DNA of 64,000 nt from Prorocentrum cordatum (Eukaryota), in assembly GCA_963575745.1 (NCBI GenBank), contig CAUYUJ010000041.1, forward strand, positions 1 through 64,000, read 5' to 3'. Made by a program: the position numbers and the translations under genes. Positions 47,301-55,000 of this stretch are shown one piece after another (positions within the stretch are counted from its first letter, which is position 1; each line of letters begins with the position of its first letter). The notes beneath the pieces were generated by a model. The model was not told the origin of the DNA. It ran no database searches and was given only the letters and a program-made list of their open reading frames with translations.

Positions 47301-50300
47301 ACTACTCGCATTCTTTCCCGTCCTCCCCATCCGGGTCCTCCTCATCCTCCTCCTCTTCCTCCTGCTCCAGCTCCTCGTCGTCCTTTTCTAAGACCTCGTC
47401 CTCGTTTCTCCTATTCCTTTTCCTGCTCCTCCTTCTCCTCCTGGCAGAGGTCTGTCGACGTGACGTAGACGCGAGAACAACGCGGAGCGTGTGACTTTTG
47501 TCCTGCGCCCATTGCGCACAGGTATTTGGTATTTGAGAGATCGGCCATGGCAGCTGCCACCAATGGCACCAAGCGCTGACATTTGCAGTGGTGCAGTTGC
47601 ATGTTGGTGAAAACTACACCATGTGTTGGGTGCTTTGCGTGCGTGGTTCCTTGCGTGACCCCCATTATTTTCTGGGGTCGGCGGTAGAGGCCACAGGCTG
47701 CACCTTAGGTTGCGCCATAGGTTGCGCCCTCGGCGGCTGAAGTAGCAAGACCGTATATTGTCGGTTGCGCCATAGGTTGCGCCTTTGGGGGCTTGGAATA
47801 CATCGGTGTCCTATCGGTTGCGCCGCAGGTTACGCTCGCGGCGGCCGAGGACATAACCGTTTCGTATCGGCTGCGCCATAGGTTGCGCCCTCGGCGGCGG
47901 AGGATAAAACCGTCTCCTCTCGGTTGCGCCATAGGGTGCGCCTTCGGCGGTCGACAGTAACACCGTTTCCTATCGGTTGCGCCACACGTTGCGCCCTCGT
48001 CGGCTGAGGATAAAACCGTCTCCTGCCGGTTGCGCCATACTCTGCGCCCTCGGCGGCTGAAAGTCTAACAGTCTCCCGTCGGTTGTGCCCTCGGCGGCCG
48101 AGAATACAACCGTCTCCCATTGGTTGCGCCATAGGTTGCGCCTTGGGCGGCCGAGGATAAAACGGTTTCCTACCAGCTCCGTTTCTTATCGGTTGCACCA
48201 TGGGTTGCGCCTCCGGCGGCCGAGAATATATCCATCCCCCATCGGTTGCGCCATAGGTTGCGCCGTCGGCGGATGAAAGCCGAACAGTGTCCCATCGGTT
48301 GCGCCATAGGGTGCGCCCTCGGCGGCTGGGAATAACATAGCCGTCTCCTATCGGTTGCGCCATAGATTGCGCCTTCGGCGAAAGGAATCGATCCGTGTCT
48401 TATCGGTTGCGCCATAGGTTGTACTTTCGGCGGCCGAGGGTAAAACCATTCCCCATCGGTTGCGCCATCCTTGTGTGCCTTCGGCGGCTGAGAATAACAC
48501 CGTTTCCTGTCGATTGCGCCATAAGTTGCGCCCTCGGCGGCCGAGAATAAAAACGTCTCCAGCCGGTTGCGCCAAAGGTTGCTCCCTCGGCGGCTGGGAA
48601 TAATCCGTGCCGTATCGCTTGCGCCATAGGGCGCGCCCTCGGCGGCCGAGAATATAACGTTTCCTGTCGGTTGCACCATAGGTTGCGCCCTGGGCGGCTG
48701 GGACTGATCCGTGGCGTATCGGTTGCGCCATAGGTTGGGCTTTCGGCGGCCGAAAACACAACAATCTCCCATCGGCTGCGCCATAGGTTGCGCCCTCGGC
48801 GGCTGAAGGTAACACCGCGTCCCATCGGCTGCGCCATACTATGCGCCCTCGGCGGCCGACAGTAAAACCGTTTCCCATCGGTTGCGCCATAGGTCGCGCC
48901 TTCGGCGGCTGAAAACACACCCGTCTCCTATCGGTTGCGCCATGGGCCGCGCCCTCGGCGGCCAGAAATAAAGCCGTTTCGTATCGGTTGCGCCATAGGT
49001 TGCGCCTTCGGCGGCCGAGAACACAACCGTCCCCCACCGGTTCCGCCATAGGTCGCGCCCTCGGCAACTGAGGGTAAAACCGTCGCGTAACGTTTGCGAC
49101 CAGTTTGTTCAGGTCAGTTCAGTTCCGCTCAGTTCAGTTCAGTTCAGTTGGTTTGCCTCGCGAGAAACAAATTCGGGCTACGCCGAAAAGTGTTTACCCT
49201 GGACAATGTTCAATTGCACGTCGTCAACCAGCCTGCACCAGACATTTTTTTCCAATTTGAGAGGGCGGTGTATTCAAGATCCATTGCGGCTGGTCAGGGA
49301 GCGTCATGTTGGGTTTGGTGGCCGCGGCATGCCGTCGTTACTCGTCGAAGGCAGTGGGGGCGATTCCCAGGGAACGCGGGCACGCTTTGGGCCTACCAGC
49401 CGAGGCATGCAGGGATAAACATAGGTCATTGTAATCAATGAACTGTCATTCGTAAAGCAAGGTATCGAAAGAACTGTGATTCACTAAAGCGAGAAACGGA
49501 TGTATTAAATTGTGCCGCCTAATCAAAACAAGGCAATACATCATTTAGTAAACGCAAAAACCGGTTCTCAAAATTCCACAACGTGTTTTCTAATTTTAGG
49601 GCCGTTTCCTGGAATCCCAGTGGCTCGATCAATTCTGTGAGCCTAACACCTCCAAGCTGTCGGGTGGGGAACCAACTTCAGAAGTGAGTGCGTACCCCCC
49701 CGTAGCGCGCGTCATCTTCGGCACCCTCCCCCGAAGGGCGTGGTTGGCAAATGCTCTGGTCTTGCAGCCGGCACCCGCGTGGGCGGGCGAGGACTTCGGC
49801 AGAGCTTTCCGCCGCGCCCCGAGGAGGCCCGACGAGGGCAGCGTGGTGCCCCCCAAGCCCCCATTTGACGCAGATCGCAAACCATAGGGAAACAAGCAAT
49901 GACATACACATAACAGCTCGAAGGTCCGCGCGGATTTTGTGGCTGGGCGCTGGAGCACCCTGGCGGCACCTCCGTTGTCGCCCCCTGGTAAGCTCCCGCC
50001 CCCAGACGGTGCGGCGACCACACCTTTGGTGAGGCAGTGGGGATCCAGAGGTGACCGCACGGTGTTGGCACCTGGGCCGTGTCTCCGCGGATGTCTCGGG
50101 CGAATGGGGATCTTCAGTGAAGTCGGGCAGCTATGTCGGGTATGTCCCTCTACAGGGAGAAGGTTCAAGAGCAGACAAACATAGTATGGTGACGAGTCGT
50201 CGTGCAATTGTTGTCCTACAGCGAGTCTTCTGGGACTGCTTCTGCGTTTCTTTCGAAATCCGCCTGCAGGAGGACATGCCTGACGGACCGTTCGGCGAAG

Positions 50301-51770
50301 TCTTTGGGGATTCTGAGGTCACCGCACGGTCTGTCACCGTACCGTTTCGGGACCTCACGCCAGGGATCCAGACGTCAGCACGCACTTTCAAATTTGTGTC
50401 GATGCATGTTTTTGTTTCTCTTTTTGAGGATATCATCGGGGTGGGCTTTCTGTGCATGATACAGCGCACGATCCGGCTCCCGAACATGCAGGTCGCCACG
50501 GTGCTCCTGTCCGTGATGTTCTTCTTCGACATCTTCTGGGTGTTCCTCTCCCCTTATGTGTTTGGGCAGAGCGTGATGGTGCAGGTGGCCACGGGGGGCA
50601 GGACTCGTGGGCAAACGTCAAGGGGGGGGGTAGGCTCATGGGGGACGCACCGACCCCCCATCGCCCATGTCTTACGGGCAGGGGCACGATGGCCCGTTCC
50701 GCTCAGGACCGCTCCGCTTCGCCATCGGGGGCCGATCGCGTAGCCATCGGCGATGTGCCGCCGGTTCCAGCTCGATGTTTCCCCCCCTAGGTGGCCACTG
50801 AGGGGCAGGACTCGAGTAAGAGAACGCTGCACAAACGGAGGGGGGGGGGGTCCAGCGCTCGAGTAGGGGATCGACTACAGAATTGATTTACCCCAGTTGG
50901 TCTTTCCGTCGGATCTGCGGAACATGTCGACTGCGTCGTAGATCTATTGAGTTTTTTCTTTTTCGTGGATTCGGTGCGACAATACATTATGGGGTTATTC
51001 AAGTCTGTAGTCGTTCTTCTACTCGAAACGCGATCGGCGCTGCCCCCCTCCTTCCCTGGCGCGCGGAGTGCGCCAGGAGCGGCGCCGGAGGCGCCGCGAG
51101 GGGGTCCAGTCCAGGCTCAAGAGACGGTGGTCAATGCAAACAGGGGTCTGTCAGAGACCCAGATCTTGCAGGATCCTGCAGGGCCAGGGGCGCACTGACC
51201 TGGGCTTGGGTGCAGGTTCCTGCAGGAGCCTGCAGAATCTCGCAGGATCCTGCAAGGCCTGACCGACCCGGGTCTGGATTGACCGGGGCCCGTCGATCCC
51301 CGATCCAACCCAAGGATTCCGCGCGGACCGCCGAATGTGTTTCGTCTCGACAGTTGTTCTGTCGTTCTGAGGACGCACGAGACCGTGCCGATGCTCTTCC
51401 GAATCCCGAAGATCAACGACCCCTTCTCGGGTGTTGCCAGAGCTGTCCTTGCCAGAGATGTTCCGAGGAACCCCCCACGGCCTCCAGAGCACCCCTCGCG
51501 AGGACCAGAGGGCCCCCTGGGAGCCCAAGGTGGGGCGACAAACTCAGCACCTCGGGCCTGGAACACATCCAGCAACACCCGACCCTCCACTCGGACAACA
51601 TGCTCGGCTTCGGAGACATCGCGGTGCCGGGGCTTCTCGCCTCCCTGCTGCGGCGGCGGGACATCCTTGCGGGCAAGCGCGGGTTCGCCGGCTACTTCGC
51701 GCCCTGCGTCGCCGGCTACGCCGTGGGCCTGTGCGCGACGCTGGTGGCGTTGTCGCTGTCTCGGGGGCTC
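515..51770 (+). CDS. Multi-exon PA-domain signal peptide peptidase-like aspartyl protease (SPPL2/3-like, peptidase A22B); whole-gene span
   Basis: Exons in correct order give: signal peptide (515-625); RFPGLFADFSG (2098-~2214); PA motif VRRGSCTFEQKALRAQSGGAAGLVV (26216-~26346); IFVVGIARSFGDAL (~35202-35353); TM segments (37306-37434, 39671-39751, 46711-46944); FFFDIFWVF (50429-50601); VPMLFRIP (51372-51430); MLGFGDIAVPG (~51590-51766). The C-terminal PAL exon was not located. Confidence 0.88.
695..850. mobile_element. ~150-bp MITE-like family (representative copy)
   Basis: Inverted ends GTCGGGC(A/G)TGTCCCTCTACAGG ... CCTGCAGGAGGACATGCCCGAC around an AT-rich core. Other copies at ~216-365, 3370-3532, 34260-34412, 34537-34688, 50136-50284, 61061-61166 and 61775-61933. 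Confidence 0.75.
2098..2214 (+). CDS. SPPL exon 2 (start of luminal/PA region)
   Basis: ttcccag|G acceptor; VSSAPAGGALAAGARFPGLFADFSGPPPGGPLAAWALAV resembles the F-x-G-x-x-A-x-F segment preceding PA domains. 3' end approximate. Confidence 0.55.
2838..3030. mobile_element. ~190-bp MITE-like element (intact copy; serves as the empty-site reference for the 18-kb insertion)
   Basis: Ends CGGGCCGGGCGAAAGGGGGGGA ... TCCCCCCCTTTCGCCCGACCCG are inverted. A second copy is split into ~3690-3833 plus 21985-~22040. Confidence 0.7.
3860..4211. repeat. Left subterminal AT-rich array (ACTTA/TAAGT, TAACCA/TGGTTA motifs)
   Basis: Dense short motifs in both orientations, e.g. CTTAGTAACCAC repeats and a 20-bp tandem ACTTACTAAGTGGTTAGCGG x2 at 4169-4208. 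Confidence 0.8.
5803..8282 (-). pseudogene. Intron-containing DDE-type transposase of CMC (EnSpm/Mirage)/Plavaka-like type, probably inactive
   Basis: Motifs in order: IYGDEIGAGNAL...RKSWGIYW, ADEDA, KGLSGIKPCFMCRNV, FDWMHCIFVNG, KFHYLHH..YVRRWG, WVLGRKHK. Intron 7826-7657 (GA...AG) joins LSSE|DAWF; other introns lie near 7460-7350 and 6770-6660. Confidence 0.75.
8961..9391 (-). CDS. Element cargo: 88-aa basic coiled-coil-like protein, 2 exons (9391-9215, 9050-8961)
   Basis: GT-AG intron 9214-9051 joins in frame: MAARRCDKPFEAQARADRRDELREAR...IRTAELQ|MDIAASVVAIQKLNEALTSLRNAKKMKVT*. Confidence 0.5.
10132..11993 (-). CDS. Element cargo: multi-exon protein with Lys/Gly/Ala-rich tail and C-terminal 4-Cys finger
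   Basis: Exons 11993-11674, 11518-11305 and 11193-10132 are phase-consistent (GC-AG and GT-AG introns; a further in-frame intron is possible at ~11050-10885). Ends ...KGKGKGKGKKGK...LGCSKCRYLPNGCGTCRDPNFTGRRGKP*. Confidence 0.7.
12331..12480 (+). repeat. Poly-G tract followed by degenerate ACACGGG repeats (to ~12850)
   Basis: ~150 nt of near-pure G, then recurring ACACGG/GCACGG units. Confidence 0.85.
12957..13108. repeat. Array of four hairpin units TGTTCAATAG-AGGGGG-CTATTGAACA
   Basis: Units at 12965, 13005, 13036 and 13076 (last has 1 mismatch), each a 10-bp stem with a 6-nt loop. Spacers are 14, 5 and 14 nt. Confidence 0.9.
14414..14977 (-). CDS. Element cargo: small protein with acidic N-terminus, KG/KD repeats and short C-terminal helical motif
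   Basis: MASLDYDEDIEEFDVLQD...GPPCKGKGKGKGKDKDKD (x3 variants)...RRGGWFNRAQQLCELLLAGECADAAALAEEYYAG; coding-like composition between microsatellite blocks. Confidence 0.5.
   Translation of the reverse strand: MASLDYDEDIEEFDVLQDVLQDDDGGVGRMRPTPPAVPPPGALLAAAKARPRPTSRAAPHGSDGPPCKGKGKGKGKDKDKDNVGGPPCRKGKGKDKDKDGGGPPCKGKGKDKSKGGKGKLVQGQGQGQGRRGGWFNRAQQLCELLLAGECADAAALAEEYYAGPAEVWVGAGGEGAAEEAQAPRGAS
16054..16395 (-). CDS. Element cargo: small Pro-rich protein with C-terminal helix and basic tail
   Basis: MSAATPPWRLP...PPPPP...AETKVGMWKLVCDMIREALQRGDRETAVALAVQYHVAKKPRK*. Confidence 0.4.
   Translation of the reverse strand: MSAATPPWRLPSEPVPPPKAKSAASDATYAATPPPPPPPPPPPPPTSTRTAAAAASDVPAPRAAAAARNRDAETKVGMWKLVCDMIREALQRGDRETAVALAVQYHVAKKPRK
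16918..17681 (-). pseudogene. Element cargo: protein with AP2-like C-terminal domain; frameshift (or mini-intron) near 17295
   Basis: Two overlapping ORFs (17681-17253, 17277-16918) meet at a G homopolymer. C-terminal part is RIYWVQRLQAWRAVRTDCGCSRTALFRTNRGCSKDDAEAAAAKW plus an acidic tail. Confidence 0.5.
18176..21080 (-). pseudogene. Element cargo: ~6-exon protein with N-terminal ParB/Srx-like domain and C-terminal SET-like domain; one apparent frameshift at ~20018
   Basis: N-term: VPPNQMGIDIRNRSG..VNPARAHNLGAKICAQGF...SVGGSHTNVFLR. C-term: AVRCKRAFKVGEL|VMLP...SPFWVVAKSDSEPNMEL...VPQMHNTCALSAGDFLVV. Exons ~21080-20438, 20270-19890, 19735-19512, 19420-19085, 18935-18690, 18585-18176. Confidence 0.62.
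21735..21958. repeat. Right subterminal AT-rich array
   Basis: Same motif vocabulary as the left end (CTAAGT, ACTTAG, GGTTATAAGTGG, TAAGTCCGCTA). Confidence 0.8.
22975..24050. repeat. Minisatellite, ~90-bp unit grading into ~118-bp unit
   Basis: Core CGTGGCCCCATAGGGAGCTCCACCGAAGGCCCCAGTGGC repeated about 11 times. Confidence 0.9.
26216..26346 (+). CDS. SPPL exon, PA domain core
   Basis: cag|G acceptor; DVGVPPPLRAAAPAVAVVRRGSCTFEQKALRAQSGGAAGLVVA matches the PA consensus V-x-RG-x-C-x-F-x-x-K-x-x-x-AQ-x-x-GA. Confidence 0.85.
28660..32375. repeat. Degenerate (CTA)n microsatellite field interrupted by a ~0.95-kb dispersed repeat (30320-31290)
   Basis: (CTA)n at 28660-30305 and 31290-32375. 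The insert is rich in GGGGCCTCTTGG units and resembles 55220-55790. Confidence 0.85.
35202..35353 (+). CDS. SPPL exon, end of PA domain
   Basis: DVSPMGRNASNTSSGVDIFVVGIARSFGDALAGDVGRAPAASLLLSFAVY fits the PA C-terminal I-x-x-x-x-G-x-x-L pattern. Boundaries approximate. Confidence 0.7.
37080..37200. mobile_element. ~110-bp fold-back MITE-like family (representative copy)
   Basis: CCGCGCGGATTTCT..GAT..GCGCTGGACCCC ... GGGGTCCAGCGC..ATCC.AGAAATCCGCGCGG. Related copies at ~2458-2575, 37490-37600, 58000-58118 and 58603-58702. Confidence 0.7.
37306..37434 (+). CDS. SPPL exon, TM1
   Basis: PALLDASEAVILLLATSMVACGAWFSTADLRRGSPLAPRHDEE, then GT donor at 37435. Confidence 0.8.
39671..39751 (+). CDS. 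SPPL exon, TM2
   Basis: AG|G acceptor, VVEVSHSAAMAFCVFGSLMLCVLFFLM, GA donor; phase 0 at both ends. Confidence 0.8.
40043..45041 (-). pseudogene. LINE ORF2: AP endonuclease, reverse transcriptase, RNase H; several frameshifts
   Basis: APE: WSAN, LCLQEH, SGGV, WIVLGDFNM, TDF, THIPV. RT: LSKP..GGVQPIVL, LLDLSKYYE, GAVAAGCS, NLVGDV (degenerate YxDD). RNase H: FVDGSA, VYSDC, VKVKAH, ADRWAKK. Frame changes near 43500, 42240-41990 and 40940. Confidence 0.88.
45046..46071 (-). CDS. LINE ORF1 with RanBP2-type zinc finger and coiled coil
   Basis: WVCSDSRCRYANFIWRTHCREC matches W-x-C-x(2-4)-C-x3-N-x6-C-x2-C; long heptad-rich region follows. Confidence 0.8.
   Translation of the reverse strand: MSVGRDAVGGKQFQTWVCSDSRCRYANFIWRTHCRECEKIGPPRAQNTQRRPGDSPPWAERLQGDWARGPPRSAKGGGDQPGGSNRSKGGGGGKDKERAPDNAIVVQILRAFEKHSGKSMDDVVAFAEKPPASEEPQPADLSSKSLQDLLGRETRKQKQIDASRERVKEAEAALEAARKFAEEQIAQLAVHEGNLKKIKAAITVKQAEAVIPDQSKVGDINSGIELLENFGKMLDAMGAHFGVDVAGMAKETAAKLEEQKQKAAEAASAAKPDAPPAGAGGAAASGVDVPAGGMDVDVEFDPADPAIQACLKEAGMDVDDPVKAKRLPEALGSAAKKPKRL
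46711..46944 (+). CDS. SPPL exon, TM3-TM4
   Basis: cccag|G acceptor, EYLIWVVLFGFCVGGGQCLAQ...VVVAWFCSRDSAYSWPLQ, AG|GA donor; joins to DIIG, giving the conserved W-x-LQD. Confidence 0.85.
47705..49080. repeat. Minisatellite, ~59-bp unit, >20 copies
   Basis: Conserved TCGGTTGCGCCATAGGTTGCGCCCTCGGCGGC followed by ~25 nt of more variable but related sequence. Confidence 0.92.
50429..50601 (+). CDS. SPPL exon with first catalytic Asp
   Basis: DIIGVGFLCMIQRTIRLPNMQVATVLLSVMFFFDIFWVFLSPYVFGQSVMVQVATGG is the classic A22B segment (YD motif reads FD here). Confidence 0.92.
51372..51430 (+). CDS. SPPL small exon (PMLFRIP loop)
   Basis: ag|G acceptor in phase 2, THETVPMLFRIPKINDPFS, GT donor at 51431. 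Confidence 0.8.
51590..51766 (+). CDS. SPPL exon with GxGD catalytic motif
   Basis: NMLGFGDIAVPGLLASLLRRRDILAGKRGFAGYFAPCVAGYAVGLCATLVALSLS. Boundaries approximate. Confidence 0.9.
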
Positions 51771-54544
51771 AAAGACGGCCGCTCCTGGGGCCCTGGGCCC
51801 TCCCAGGTCGCGTCCAGGGCGCTACGAGTTCAAGCAGTGGCGAAGCGTCCTGGCGTGCCTACAGGCCTACCAAGCAATGTTCCAAGAACCTTCTGTGGTT
51901 TCCGCGAACTGCTCAGAGAACCTTTCTGGCTGGGACTGCCTTGTTTTAACGCATCGGGCGCATGCTCTAAGAATAGTGTTTGTGTTATTCGAACACTGTT
52001 GGGCTCCCAGCACATTTCGTGGTAGGCCTGGTAGGACTGCCGGGGCGGTCGGTCCCTGCTCAACACTGGTGCGTATCCCAAGCGCTCCCAGGGGCGCTGC
52101 TCCCTGGGACGCTCCACGGCAGAGGCGCCCACCTTGTGAACCCAGCCGCCGCCCAGGGGGCCCCCAGAGAGGGCCCCTGGGCGCCGCAGGGACACTCCGC
52201 GATGGGCTTCGAGATTATTCGGCGCGAGCGACTGGGTACGGAAAGAATGGGTACGATGCCCAACAGCAGTTCCTGTTCATTTTGAACAGGACTCGCTGTC
52301 CGCGCCGCCGCGGCTGTGTCCGTTAGGGAAAAGGCCGCCTGCCCAACAGCGGCCGCTGTTGGTTTGAGACAACGTTTGTTGTTGGGCATTGTGCCAATTT
52401 TTTTCGTACCCAATTGCCGGGCGTCCACAGTTGCCGGGCGTCTTCGTTGGTTCTCGGCGGCTTTCCCCAGCGTGCCTCGCCGAGGGCCTTCATGGGGTGC
52501 CTGGCTCGTCGCGGTCGGCCGCCAGAGAGCCGAGTGCCGACCAGGAGACCGGGGGGCAACGACAGAGGAGGATGGGATCAGGGGGGGACAAAGCGACCCC
52601 CAATCGCCAATTTCTGGGTCATTTCGAAAACCCTACAGCATCGTGGGCTCTTGGCATGCTAGAAACGCTGAACCATCGCTACGTTGTGTTAGCGTTGTTT
52701 GCTCAGTTCTGTTTTAGTTGTTTCGGGGCCGTCGCTGTGAATCCACCAATTTTTTGTTTGCGCGTCTTGCTTTCTGGTCGAAGGTTGTTCCTTGTCTTCT
52801 TTGCTGTCTTTGCTCCCGGTTTGTCGTTTCTGCCGCCGATGCCTCTCCCACAGCTAAAAACCGAACGCCAAACAACACATACATACTTTATCACCGGTCG
52901 AACACCGATAGGCCCTGCCTCCACTCGGGCTCCTCCTCCCCTCTTCCCCCCTCCACTCCTCCTCCTTGTCGTGGAAAAATGGAGGAGGAGGAGGAGGAGG
53001 CTCCTGATGGATTCCGAGGAGTCCACAGGTGCTCCCTTGTTGGGTGAGCGTGAGGAGAAGGCGGAGCAGGAAAAGGGCATGGAGAGGGAGAAAGGGGAGG
53101 AAAGGGGAGGCACGCGATATCTGTTCTCCCCATGGTACTCCTGCACGCGAGGCCATATGCGCGAACCCCATGGCCAGGGAACGCTGCGACCACGCGGGCA
53201 AGCCACTTCGCCGCTTCACCTCCGGCGCGAACGTTTGCAAGAGGATGCCGTTCTCCTCCTCGTTATCCTTCTCCTCCTTCGCCCTGTCCTCTTCCTCCTC
53301 TCTCCTACCTCGTCTTCCTTGTCATCATCCTTCCCATGGCCTCGTGTCACCACCCACCCTGCATCCTTGCCCACCTTTCCCTCCCTTGCCGCATCTTCCT
53401 TCCATCCTCAGCCTCCATATTTTCCTCCCCCCCTTTTCCTCCATGTGCCACGAGCGGCGGGCGTCGTCGGAGGTTTGCGCCCCTCCGCGTCCTCGAGACG
53501 CGCCTGGCGGATGCGTCGGGGGATGAGTTTGACAAGGTCGTGGTTTCGAATACGTGGTTATGAGGGGGGGGGTTTTGACGGCGCTGGGGGGGAGGTGGGG
53601 GGCGGGGCAGGGTTTCGCGCGCGCCTGCGCGAGTGTGTATGGGGGCGGGGGGTGCGGCGGGGCGTGCCTTGGCCCCGATGCGGGGCCCGCAGCGGCCGTC
53701 GGGGCCGCGCCCCTCACGCAGTGGCTCTCTGCGTGGGCCGCCTGCTCGACGCACTGGGCGCCCTCTCCAAGATGGGCGCCCGCGAATGCTACAGCGCGGC
53801 GCTCTGGGCCCTCTCGCTGTTCCGCCAGCGCCGCTTCTCCGAGGCCATGGGCGACTGGATTGCCGGGGGGGAGAGGGGCGCGGGGTGGGGGGGGCAGAAA
53901 ACGGGGGTGGGAAGGGAGGGGGGTGCAGGGTGCGGTGGTGCAGGCGGGGGGGGGTGGGGGGCGTGGCGCCGCCGCCTTTGCCGTCGCCGTCGCTGTCGTA
54001 GCCGTCTTCGTCGCTCAGTTGATTCGAATTGGCCCTAATCCGGCGGCGGATGGGGATGGTTGATCAGGGGTCCGACGAGGGGCGCGCGCAAAGGGGTGCG
54101 CGGCGGGGCGGCGGGGAGGAGGAGGAGGACCAGCTCGCTGGGAAACGGCGCCCCCCCACCCCCCCACGGGCGACAGGGGGGCGCGTCAGAGGCGGGCTTC
54201 GATTTTGGTCGGGAGGGGCGGCTGGCCCCGGTGGGGATGACCGATTTTTCCTGCGACGCGACAGACGAGTAGGGAAGGGCGGGGGCGAGGATGCTGAGGA
54301 GGACGAGGGCGAGGGCGCGAAGGGCGAGGGTGAGGGCGAAGACGAAGACCAGGAGGATGGTCGCGGACGAATGGCGCCCCGCCCCCCCCCCGTTTACCCC
54401 CCCCCGTCATCTCCCGTCCCCGCGTTGGTATCCGCGCCCTGCCCCCCCCGCCCAACGCGCGCGGCGACCGCGCCTCCCCTTTGCCGACCCGCCCCTTCTA
54501 CGACTCGGGCCTGCGGTCGCCGTCGTCGTGACGCCGCCGTCGCA

Positions 54545-55000
54545 AACGTTTGATACATGTGTGTATATATATACACACAGAGTTATGTGGTTTCTTCCAT
54601 ATCGTGGCATATCATAACATAGTACACATGTAAAGTTCAATTGATTCATTCGTATTCAGTTATTTGATCGTGCGTCTATAAACCTGTCTACGCGTCGACA
54701 ACTGCGTATGCCACTATATCAGTGTGTTGTTGCGTATATGATCATGTTTCCATAACGGTTTATAGATCGATGTATATACGTGCGCATGTACAACGTAAGG
54801 TATGTCAACACGTTGGTATGTACAATAGTATTTGTGCATGTGTATGTATGTATGTGTATATATAGACCGTAGCGTTGTCACGACATGTTTATGCGCACAC
54901 ACACACATTCGTTTACACGCGTAGGTACACCAACGTGTAATTTCAATATGATACACATGTTTATATATATATATAGATGCATGTGCAATGGCGCTTCGCG
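54545..55000. repeat. AT-rich TA/CA/TG low-complexity block
   Basis: Sharp GC drop with TATATA, CACACA and TGTATG runs. Confidence 0.7.

Noticed and set aside
47705..49080. 59-bp array as CRISPR
   Set aside because: The apparent spacers are homologous to each other and the repeats are degenerate, so it is a minisatellite.
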